Source of the DNA: Eutreptiella sp. 'Long Island Sound 2002' | Taxonomy: Eukaryota; Protista; Euglenida | Reading direction: 5' to 3' | NCBI GenBank assembly: GCA_964036045.1 | Contig: OZ038378.1 | Location: 181,908,001 to 181,972,000, forward strand | DNA length: 64,000 nucleotides | Shown here: piece by piece, positions 21,830 to 33,169 of the stretch | How positions within the stretch are numbered: position 1 is the stretch's first letter | Layout of the letters: the number at the start of each line of letters is the position of its first letter | Translations under genes and position numbers: made by a program | The notes under the pieces: model-generated | What the model saw: only the letters and a program-made list of their open reading frames with translations | Told to the model about the DNA's origin: nothing | The model's database searches: none

Positions 21830-24560
21830 ACGCGCAATGCGCAACGGCTGCGGCAGCCGAAAGGAGCAGCACCCCCATAGCTCCTCGATTGGTAACGGGG
21901 CGGGGGAGGGCTGCAGTGTACACAGTGCACACAGTGCAGTGCACACAAGCAGCTGTTGGACACTAGCTGCTGCAGCTGCAACACGACAGCTGCAGCCGGA
22001 GTGCAGCTATTGCAGCACCCCCATAGCCCCTGGATTGGTAACGGGGCAGGGGTTGGCTGCAACACGGCTGCAGCATAGAAGCAGCTGCAGGAAACCGGCT
22101 GCAGCTGCCGCAGCAAGCAAGCTGCTGCCGCAATGCAGCTGGTGCAGCACCCCCGGGGCCCTTGAGTCATAAACAGGGCGGGGGTTGCCTGCAAAGCAGC
22201 TGCAGGACACCGGCTGGAGCAGCTGCAGAATCTAAGCTGCAGCCAGGGTGCAGCTGGTGCAGCTCCCCCATAGCCCCTCGATTGGTAACGGGGCGGGGGT
22301 GGTTGCAGAGCAGTCGCAGCACTCAAGCAGCTACTAGACACCAGCTGCTGCAGCTGCAACTCCCACGCTGCAGCTTGAATGCAGTTATTGCAGCACCCCC
22401 ATAGCCCCTCGATTGGTAACGGGGTGGCCATTGGCTGCAATGCAGCTGCAGTACCACAGCAGCGGCAGAAAACCAACTGCAGCTGCCGCTGCATGAAAGC
22501 TGCTGCCGCAGTGCAGCTGGGGCGGCACCATAAAGCCTCAGAGACGTGGACACAGCGGGTTTGGCTACACAGCAGCTCCTGCACAACAGCAGCTGCAAGA
22601 CACCGGCTGCAACAGCTGCAGTACGAAAGCTGTGGCCAGAGCGCAGCCTCCCCATAGCCCCCCGATTGGTAACGGGGCGGGGATGGCTGTTGTGCGCCTG
22701 CAGCACACTAGCAGCTGCTGGACACCGCCTGCTGTAGGTGCAACAGGCAAGCAGTAGCCGGAGTGCAACTATTGCAGCACCCCCATAGCCCCTCGATTGG
22801 TAACGGGGTGGTGGTTGGTAGCAGTGCAGCTGCAGCACCAAAGCAGCTGCCGGAAACCAGCTGCAGCTGCCGCAGCACCACTGGGCTAGCACCCCTGAAG
22901 CCCTAGAGTCGTAAACAGGCTGGGGGGAGGGCCCCTTGATTGGTAACGGGGCGGGGTCAGGGTGCAGTGCAGATGCGGCACACAGTAGCCACAGGACACC
23001 GGCTGAAGCTGCTAAGCCGCAACAGCTCGGGTATCACCCCTAAAGCGGCGGGGGTTGGCGGCAGTGCAAGCCCACATCACAGAGGCCACAAGCCCACCGC
23101 GTGGTGGCACCAAGCCCAACGCATGGGGGCACAAAGCCCACCGCTAGATGGCACAAAGCTCACCACACGGTGGCCCAAGCCCACCGCGAGGTGGCACACC
23201 ACAACGCGACAAAGTGCAGAGCACGGCAAGTGCCCGCGGGAAGGCAAAGAGCGCACAGAGCGCGCGACGGCCGCACACACCACACATCATTCCAGGGGCC
23301 CCTGGGTACGGCCCCCCAAGTGTACGCCAGTGGCCGCTCTCGACCGGCAAGACGTGAGGCAAACCGACAGGTAAGCCAATGGCGTGTAGCCCCTCAAAAC
23401 CAAAAACCAAAATCCCTCCCTCCCTCCCTCCCTCCCTCCCTCCCTCCCTCCCTCCCTCCCTCCCTCCGTGGTGGGACCCTCCAGTATGCGTGTAGACCCG
23501 GAGTCACCCTTCCCCGGGGATGAGGCGTCGTAGCACGCCGGCGCAGCCACACTCCACACAACACAGAAGGCACAAACCAAAGGCGGCAACACGCGACAAC
23601 CCACAAGTCCCACCCAGCCTAGCAGGCGGACCCGAACCCCACCGCAGGCTGCACCATAAGCACATGGTGACTAACATCAGGCCCCGGGATGCCGTGTAGA
23701 CGGTGAAGTGCCAGGGTGTCACCGTAAAGGGCGAAGCCCCGTACCCGCAGCTTCCGGCCACGCCGGGAGCGCACAGGGCTCGTTGCACTGGTCCACCATA
23801 GAGCAACACGGCACAAACGCAAACCGCGAGCCTGCATACAGCGCGCAAACACTGCGAGCAACGTGACTAGCGCCCCCCCGCAGAGCAAGCAGCAACACGA
23901 GGCACACAAGTAGCACACGACGCAAGCCGCAAGAGGCCGCGCGAGACTGCAGCAGGCTACTGCAGGCTGCAAGGCACTGCGCCAGCCTGCGGCACCGGCC
24001 TACAGAGTGTGAGTGCAGCAGCAGCAAGGCGACACCCCCATAGTCCCTCGATGGGTAACGGGGCGGGGGTCACATGCAGGATGCCGCAACCACCAACTGC
24101 ACGTTGCAGGGCACTGCGCCCGCCTGCAGCATGAACCTGCAGAGTGCAGCAGCAGCCGAGCAGCATCCCCAAAGTCCTCCGGTGGGAGGCAGAAGTCCTC
24201 TGTAGGGAGGCACAAGTCCTCCGTAGGGAGGCACAAGACCTCCGTAGGGAGGCATGAGCAGTGGCACACCGCCCACCGCGAGACCGCAGCACGGGAGCTG
24301 CCGCACAAGACAGAAGGCTGCTGGATGCTACGCAAGCCTGCAACACGGGCCTGCAGAGTGCAATGGTAGCAGAGCAACACCTCGATTGGTAACGGGGCGG
24401 GGGTTGGCTGTTGGGTGCTGGTGCAAGCGACAGCAGGCTGCAGGGTGCTGCGCAAGCCTGCACATGCAAACCTGCAAGTTGCAGCAGCAGCTCAGCAGCA
24501 CTACAGGCTGCAGGGCGCTGCGCCAGCTAGCAGCACCAGCGGAGACGTGCAGCCCGCCGT
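21830..24560. repeat. Degenerate CAG/CTG-rich satellite (~125-145-bp period) with a conserved core motif, interrupted at ~23010-23940
   Basis: Core CCCCATAGCCCCTCGATTGGTAACGGGGCGGGG or close variants at about 21872, 22018, 22265, 22396, 22650, 22780, 22931, 24035 and 24380. Confidence 0.85.
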
Positions 24561-26639
24561 GAGCTGGCAACCAGCGAGCGACGCACGGTGAGCACGGGGC
24601 GCAGCACGACAGAGCAACGCAAGAACGCCGCCACCCCCCCCCCCCCCCCCACGCTGGGAGCCCATGGTCCGCAAGGGTGACGGACCTGGCTCCAGCGACG
24701 ACGGCGGCCACTGTTCTACCGTCCAAGCGTGAGACATCCGACAAGGAGAGTGAGAATGCACGGCCACGCTAAAGCTAAACCTAAATCCCTCCCTCCCTCC
24801 CTGCCTGCCTCCCTGCCTGCCTCCCTGCCTGCCTCCCTGCCTCCCTCCCTTCCAGGACCCCTGAGATCGCACAACCCTAGGAATGAGACTGCGACAGCAA
24901 CGCGGTGACAGCGCGACCATGAATCCCCCCCTCTCTCCTTCTCCTTCTCTTTCAGCGTGTTTGAGATGCCGCAGCCAGATCCAAATGGGGTATTGCCCCC
25001 CGTCGGGCAATTCAAGAACGGTGTCCTGTCAGTGCGTTTCCGCAAGCTGCCTGAGGGAGATCAGGAGCTCCATGTGGCGTAGGCGATATCTTTGGGCGAC
25101 ACGGGGGCGCATGCACAGCCCTGCTGCGGGGGATGTGCAACGTGTGCCTTGGATTCACTGGATCTGTCTGACCCGCTGCACCGGCTCTCACCGTCACGAA
25201 CAGGCACAACGGCTCTCACCCGGTGTACCTCCTTGAAACCCTCAAATTTGCAGCAGAGCTTTGCTCGAGCTGCAGCTGTTGCTTCCAGGCCTTTGCTTAA
25301 GGGGGGGTCCTCGGGAGGCGCAGCAAAAAGCGTGTGTCAGTGACGTGGGCTGCACTAATTCGGGGGTGCCTCATCGTCACGAGGGGTGGGGGATACCACG
25401 TCAGTAGTGCTCTGAATAAAAGCGTCCCGCTGGGGCCCAGAACGCGCGTAGCAGTGAACAGTAGACAGGCTGTCGTTCGGCTGCACACTGACCGCTGATG
25501 GGCCCTCTCCAGAGGCAGGCCTTGGCGTCAGTCGCGGATTTCGCCGGGGGCCACACCCACATGGCCAAGTGTCAGCCATTCGCCAGACTGGCCGTGTTGC
25601 AGCGCCAACCAGGCCTTTGCTGGACAATGGGAGGATGGGGAGGAGTCTACTTGGACCCTCCGGGTGACCCACGCACAGACCCCAATCAGGGTAAGTGCTA
25701 TTGTATTGCATAATAATGTAATGCGCTGCACTCGAAACTGCAAAGCCGTGGGCTTGGTCGTCACTGAGTGGTGGGGTGACGCGGGGTTGCACAGGCCGCG
25801 GGGCCGCCCGCCCACAGTGGCACAGCAGCGTTCGTACAGGAGCTGGCAGGTGGGGGTGCGACACAACCGTGGGTGCAGTGGGTGACTGGCGCACCTGAGG
25901 CACCCACTCCCGCAAGTGGGAGCCACGACCAGCAAGGGGGAAGGGGGTGGTCTCAAACACATGGTGACGTTTGTCGTTGTTTTGTAGACCCATCACTCTC
26001 TGGCATGCAGCGCAGGTGGTGGGAGGTCGAGCGAGGGAGTTGGCTAATCCATCGATGTGTTTTTCTTCTATGAATTTAAAGTATTTGGAGGTGTATACTC
26101 CGGTGTGGCTCCAATGGTCCGCCTCCCAGTGACTTATTGGTGCCCATGAATTTGGGCCAAGCTCCAAGTTTTGGCTGGTAATGGATCCACCAACCACAGT
26201 GCAAATGGGGCGGTGCGCTTATGGGGGATGGCGAAGAGGAAGCCCATCCATCGGAGGGTGGGCGAACGGCGACTCATGCGCCTGACTTCTGACCTTCCGA
26301 GGCGTTCGATTGCACTTTCGCTGGTGGCGCGATGTCAGTGATGAACAGGGACAACCTCCTTCACAACTTCGCACAAGTCGTGTCAGACAACGCAGAAGCG
26401 GGGCAATGCACTGGGGATGGCAATAAGGGTCGCGTCAGCCAAGGGGTGGGGTGGGGGGGTGGGGTTGGCTATCCATGGACATGTCCATAGATGTCCATAG
26501 TTGGCTGTCACCGTGTGGACATGGATGCTGTGGATGACATGAACGGGACACCTACCCATGGACAGGACAGGGAGCGGGGGAAGCGGGTCACCGAGGAGGA
26601 CCAACCCCCCAGTCTTATTGCCATCACTGCAATGCACCC

Positions 26640-29590
26640 CGCAGCCACGACACGGGGGCGCCCGAGTCCAACCGACCCTCATGGAAAAGTCACCCAGCTC
26701 CAAGAGGTCTGCAGGTTTGCCGAGAGGTCTGCAGGAAAAAGAGGAAGCTGCAGATGCCTCAGACTGGCGTGGGCCACTGCATGTCGAGATGAGATCGCAA
26801 GCATCGGCACAAGGCTGGCTGGCATCATGCTGTGCGCCCCGCAACACCCTTGCTGTCGAGGCAGGTTGTCCTGGACACTCACGCAGGAGGATGTTTTTAC
26901 ACCTCAACACGGGGGGGGGGGGGGGGGGCGACTCCGCGGGTCCTACCCTCCCGGGGGGGGGGGTAGGACGCCAACTACCCCCCCCCCAAGGGGCCTCCGG
27001 CCAACAGTTAGTTGTCAAAGGTATGAACCCAAGGAGCCAATGGGCGCCATAGGCGCCAAAGGCGCCCAATGGGGGAACGTTAGCGCGCCGGGCATCTTTT
27101 TTGACCCGTGCCCCACTGGTGGCCTTTTAGGGGGTGCACTAAGGGGGCGCATATCCCGCAGCTATTTGGGCGTCTGGCTGTACTAGAGACCCATACTTTG
27201 AGATACTAGGAGCATCATGGTGACCCCTAGCGTAGGTTTTGACTTCTGATTTTGTCCCCTTTGTTGGGGACCCCCGAGAATGCAGGGGTGACGTAGCATT
27301 TCCGCCCTCTTTTGGGACCCAACCTTCCGGTGCTATTGAGGAAACTGGGACAAGCTTTGAATCCACGCTTTGTTGCGTGACCCCTCGAGTTGGGGTTAGG
27401 GACTCGCAATCCACGCTTTGTTGTGTGGCCCCTTGAGTTGGGGTTAGGGACTCGCAATCCACGCTTTGTTGCGTGCCCCCCCCCCCCCCCCCCCCCCAAG
27501 GGGCCTCCGGCCGACAGTTAGTTGGGGGGGTAGTTGGCGTCCAAAACCGAGGGGTCGCCCCCCCCCCCCTGGGCACCTCAAGGTCCGGTCTCAATCTTTT
27601 GGAGGTAAAGAAGGTCCTGCACATCGAAGAGCTCACTCTGTGGACGCTCCGAGTTCGGAGCTTGTGTGGAATTGCGCGTGACTGCCAACTGACGAGTCAG
27701 AAATTACGAAGGTTGATCCTGGCGGTCCAAAAAGCGGTTGGAAAAGCGGTTGAGCATTTGCTCAGGTAGCTCATGGCATGCAGGAGGAGGGGAACGCTTC
27801 AGCAGGGCGCCTTATCCCCGACAGGCGAAGGGACACGGAGTTGTGGTGACGCTCTTCCCTTGTTATGGGCGGGTTACCTTTCGGTGGGAACAAGATGTCC
27901 TTGCATTGTGAGGTCCTACTCCAAGAATATGTCTGGAGTGCCGGGGCCGTGGGCCCTGTGCCAAGACGAAGTGCTGCCACTGGTGTGGCCAAAAGGTCCA
28001 TCACAGCTGGAATTGCAATGGGTTGTGAAGCAGCAGAGTTCTCAATGGAGGAGGTCCAGAAGGGGGGGCGGGAAATGGGGTTGGTCAAATGGCGTCCACC
28101 AGTCGCTCTTTTACATGCTTGAATCAACGCTCTGACGATGTCTCGCTGGGGATCTCTGGGGGCTTTGAGTGCCTGTTGGGTACAAGCTTGGAGCAGGGCC
28201 TGTGCGGTGCTGGGCTTTCAGTCGAGGCGTTGCATATGTCTAGTGGCCTTCGCTCTTGCTCTTGGAGGTTGATTTTTCTGTCGCCACCATGGGAATTTCT
28301 GTTGGACCATCTCCATACCACAGCTGCATGCATATGTGACGGTGTGCCATGTCCATTGCAGTCAACGATGTGTTGGCTGAAGCCTGGCTGTTATTTGTTT
28401 CTGCTCATTCGAAGGGTGAGGAGACTGGGGGTGGTATTGTCAATAAGTCACCAGACGGCAACATTTTGTCGTTGACCACGATTGTATTGAGCTGGAACGG
28501 GTGCAGCACTCTCCCCACTTTTGCACTCAGTTTAGCTCTTGCCCCTGTACAAGAAACTGATGTGCAAAAGAAGAACAATACTCGGTGATTTGACGAGAAA
28601 CCTCCCGATCCACTGTGGAGTCGGAGTACTGCGTGCCCGAATGGGTTTCGTACTTTGCTGTGACCTCAACCTCGCACCTGACCTCTATCATTGCCTACAA
28701 AGCGGGCCAATATATCAATTTTCTGCTGCGTGCTGTCCTGCTACCGCTTTGTGTACCATACGAATTCATTCCCTCTGTGCATGCGACTGGTGGGTGGTTG
28801 ATGGGTTCAAGTGCACAACCGCAACCCCCCCTCCCTTGCGCAAGCTGACCCTTGTCCGAGTAAACCTGCCTCACTGTCATTTTCCTGCCTGCAGTGGTTG
28901 AGCATGCGGCACGACAAGGAAGGGGCCCATCGTAGCATGCAAGAGGAGCTGGGTCATGCATATGTGAGTTGGTTCTGCTCATAACAAGATCTAACACGAC
29001 AGTCCATTTGCATTTGGAACAGCGAACGACTTCACATTCAGATCCAATTTTAACGAAACACACGCCCGTCGTGCGAAAGCCCCAGCGTAATTTCTCCTGT
29101 TCGCGCCAATAGATCCGTCATCACAGAGGTCCTATGCGTACCTCAGATTTTCCCAACGGTTCTGTTTTTTGATCCCATTTGGCCGCGGCGCTTGGCACTT
29201 GTTGCGGAGTCATACACCACCACGGCCTTGTCAAAGCAAACCGATCCTGTCTGACTGCTGTTTTTCAGAGCGCAAGTTGTGTGACCCAGAATGCACCATG
29301 ACATGTTCGCGGGCCGAGGGGCTGGGTCATGCGTGGGAGGTTCCTTCTGCTCACAACAACATGTGCCTGATACTGCCACCATTTTTTTTTGTTTTGGCGC
29401 GATTTGCACATGTTGATGTGATTTGGCCCAAACCCCTCAAGAACCACCTGCCTGTGATCCGTGTGTACGCACGGCCTAGGCATAGGATGCCCGTATCACC
29501 ATATTTTCCCCGAGGTTGTGTAAGGGGAAAGGAGGTGACATGCGTTGCAGGATACTTGTCGTCTCGGACCCATCCAAGAAGCTTGTTTAC
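26640..29590 (+). repeat. Third, more diverged copy of the block at ~36697-38240 and ~44046-45592
   Basis: Shared long tracts (e.g. ACCTCGCACCTGACCTCTATCATTGCCTACAAAGCGGG; GATCCCATTTGGCCGCGGCGCTTGGCAC) and near-identical shadow ORFs. It has two extra segments relative to the other copies. Confidence 0.9.
26908..27573. mobile_element. Non-autonomous TIR element (MITE-like, 666 bp) with 8-bp TSD
   Basis: CACCTCAA is duplicated at 26900-26907 and 27574-27581, and the site is empty in the paralogous block (36961-36968). Imperfect TIRs (G-run-GCGAC...GTCGC-C-run) and internal subterminal direct repeats. Confidence 0.8.
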
Positions 29591-31149
29591 GTCCCAGCAC
29601 GCGAAGCTTTTCAACGTCAAAGAGCAGCGCATTTCTGCGCTCATGGCAGCGTTGCAATGCAAAGAGCAAGAGTTGGAGCACACCCGTATTCCGTGCCCCT
29701 CCCCCCCCCCCCGCCGCCGCCGGCTCACCCAAGAGGCCGTCAACGTGTTGGCTTCTCGCAAGCACAAGTACCAATTCATGGGCTCAAACCGTCAAACCTT
29801 CATACCGTCCCCCTTAATTTGGATGACTGGATGCAAGATTTCTTGGTCCAAAAAATTTGGTTCCTCCTCCATCTTGAGTTCGCTGTACAGAAGTGTGCAT
29901 GCGCTGCCCATGAACGAGGACCATCCGTTGTGCACGCGACCACTGAAGCCCCCGATGAAAATGGTGCCCAGCAGCAGGTGCGATCTGCAAGCCGACCACA
30001 ACCTGCCGCTGCACCTACCCGCCCGGCCAATATGTTAAATGCAAGCAAGTTGGCCATTGGGTTGCCGATTGCCTGATTTCTGGTAGCCTAGGCTACTCCC
30101 TATACCGAGACAACAAAGAATTCTAGGTCAGTGCTTCTTGCATGGAATGGGATGCCTGAGAGCCGCCCCTATGATTGTGTGCCAAATGCGGGCAAGCACA
30201 TTGGTCGCATCGACCCACAGCAACATGCTGCGGATGCACCGCACCGCAACCCCCGTCCACAGCCGTGGAAAAGGTCGGCGCCTTGTACAATGCTACCCGG
30301 CATGGTCGCGGAGTACCGTCAACAGGGGGGACATCCCCCCGCCCCTCTCAATGATTTCCTGCCAATCTAGCCCGCCCCGGCTACCACCACAACCCCGCAA
30401 TCCCCCAGTGCCCAGTTCTCCCACCATTGCACAGCCCCCCTTGGTCGTGCATGCTATCACCCAGGCCACAGATGCTGACTTTGGCACTTTCTCCCGGCCA
30501 CCATGGTACGTTGATGGCAACCCAGCACCATACATACGAACCTCAGTACTTTGCGCCAACTCCCCAAACACGCATCCCCCGATACCCCCATCGCAGAGGC
30601 CGTCCATGCACGAGTGCTATGCCTGGCAGCCGAGTGCTGCACACTCTCCGGCCGTCATGTGCGATCGGCTTAAGCTCTGGAGCCCAATCATCAATGAACA
30701 ACACACGGTACTTCTACAAGCCATTGTTAAACACACTATACATCATACCATCCCCAAACCATGGGCTAGTGTGCACCACCTACAAGCCATTGGACATCTA
30801 CACATGTACTAGGGCGGGTCGCGCCTTTTCCTCCCGGTCCTATGTTCCATTGTGTTGTCTGGGATACGGCAGGCGGCGTGCGTGAACTGCATGGCGCCAT
30901 GTTTGACCTCATTTAGTATGAAGACCTCCCCACCATACATGGGCACAGTTGGAAAAAGCCTTGGTCCGCCCTCTTTGTTCAGAGTGCACATGGGCGGAAT
31001 GCGCCTGGGTGCAAAGTGCGCGCAAAAATGCCCACGAAGCCCCGGGCCGGTTATCCGGCCAAAAGTGGTCGTGAAGGTGCCAGCAGAAATGCCTTTTAAT
31101 GCCAATATTATGCTTTATACAGCCGAGTTAGTCTTTTGGATTTTCCAGC

Positions 31150-31990
31150 ACTAAGTTTGGACTTTTGTGGCTGCACTCCCACCAAAGGTGGAAATGAGAT
31201 ACCGACCAACCAATAAAATGTGGTGTCATGAAATGTCATTTTCTCAGGTGCAATGGGGCCCAATTTAGGTTTATTGGTACTCACTATCATGCTTGTTGCT
31301 TGTGCCTTCATGTGGTTCTGGCTTGGCATCCACTGTAGCCAAGGGCCCTTTCTTCTCACTTGGGAAGTCATGTTTTTTGTGTCTTTTGTGTTTGAGGCTG
31401 TCAATATGGTGTTTGGCAGCACTCTTTCCTTGTGACCAGCTGGATGACAAATTTGCACCGCATACCATCAAATCGTCCATCATCAAAAATCATCAAATCA
31501 TCAAACCATGCACACAACATTGCGCCAAGGCACCATATTCCGCTTTTCAGGCACCTTTTTTCCCGATGTGTCTCACACTGAAGCCATGGCACACGGTTTC
31601 ATGGCGTTGATAGCATCATTTCTTACGGTTGTTTCATTTTGGGGGGTTTCCATTGTGGGTTTTGAGATACTTCTACTTTTGTGGCCCAACGGTCCAGTTT
31701 CTCCCATGTGGAAATGAGATACCGACCAACCATTGAAATGTGGTGTAGTGTGCCATTTTCATTTTTGTGGCCCCACGTTCTGGTTTCCCACCAAATGTGG
31801 AAATGAGATACCTACCTGCCAACCAATAAAATGTGGTGTAGTGAAATGCCATTTTCTGTCGTGCAATGGGGCTCAATTTGGGTTTATTGTCTCAATAGCA
31901 TGCTCTATTTAGCCCAATTCGTCTTTTTGGGTTTTTCAGCACCACGTTTGGAGATATTTTGTCTTTTTGTGGCCCCACGGTCCCAAAGTG
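31150..31990. repeat. Short dispersed/tandem repeats mixed with SWEET-upstream fragments
   Basis: GGAAATGAGATACC(G/T)ACC(T/A)...CCAATAAAATGTGGTGT recurs at ~31190, 31710 and 31798. 31470-31630 matches 40590-40760. Confidence 0.7.
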
Positions 31991-33169
31991 CCAATTTTGT
32001 CCCTACTTTAGGATTATTCAATAAAATTCTATATTCCCGCTGCATTTCCTGGCTTCAGGTTTAGCACATCCTTGCTGCGGGTTATGTCCGCTACCACATC
32101 ACACATCGCTTTGTGGGACAATCGTAGCATTGTACAGCTCTGAGCCTTGATTCTGAGAGGTTTCTCGAGTGCCATCTGGTGAGAGGGCTTCGCCAGCTTA
32201 CCATGGCTAGCCCCCGCACCCCTACAAAGGCCTTCAAAGGGACCTGAAATGCCCCAAAATTGGACGTTTGGATGGCTTCGAATGCCCAACATGGCCTCCA
32301 TGGCCTTCCTGGTGATGGATGGGGATGAAAAGGAAGAAGGGCAAGCCATGTGCACAACACATACACTTTTCATCACAACTCTGGCACTTCATCCATGGAC
32401 CTTGTCTGTGACTTTTCATCTTTTCATCTTTCATCCGTTGCTCAGATAGGGTATGGCACACTCGGTTTGCGTGCTTTTGGGGGCCGCCTGCAGCATTCCA
32501 GAAATTAGGGCGTTGACATTCAAGTTTAAGCGAAGGAGAAAATGCAAGTGGAAAGGAGTGCAGGCATCGAGGTCTCCTTGAGGATGGGTGCTTTCAAACC
32601 GCTGCAGGGAGGCCGGAAGACAGGCCAGCGTGCACGAGAAGTGAGATGGCGCTCGTCCCAAAGCAATTGCTTTCCTACCATGTGCATGCTGCTTAGGCAG
32701 AGCACATTACCGATCAACGATGTTTCCACTGTGCCCACTCGGACTTTGCCTGCATGCACAAAGGCACAACTCAACGGACAGCAACAGACACTTCGCCACT
32801 GCAAAGTCATTTGCAATGGCCATCCACTCATCCCATGATACATCACCCCTCATTAGCAGCCCTCCATATTGGACACATGTATTAGGGGCAACTGGGGTCG
32901 ATCCGGCAGGAGTACAAAGTGGGGAGTGTGATACCATCAGCTGCTCTATTGCTTTTGCCATGTTTGTGGAAAGGAGGCAGGCATACACGGGCTTCGTGCA
33001 TGCTTGCCTCGTTCGTTCTTTTGCGTTTTTTGATGGTCCTTTGCGTGTTTGTGTGCGAGGGAAATATTCCGACTGTTCTGGGGATAGTCACCTCAGAAGG
33101 TGCTCGCGGTGCGTGTGCGGTGAAAGTACATGCTCATTTGTTTCTCTGCCGCCCAAGCACTGGAAAGCA

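Noticed and set aside
24765-24790. Telomere-like repeats (GCTAAA GCTAAA CCTAAA; also isolated TTAGGG near 27396)
   Set aside because: Too short and degenerate to indicate a telomeric array.
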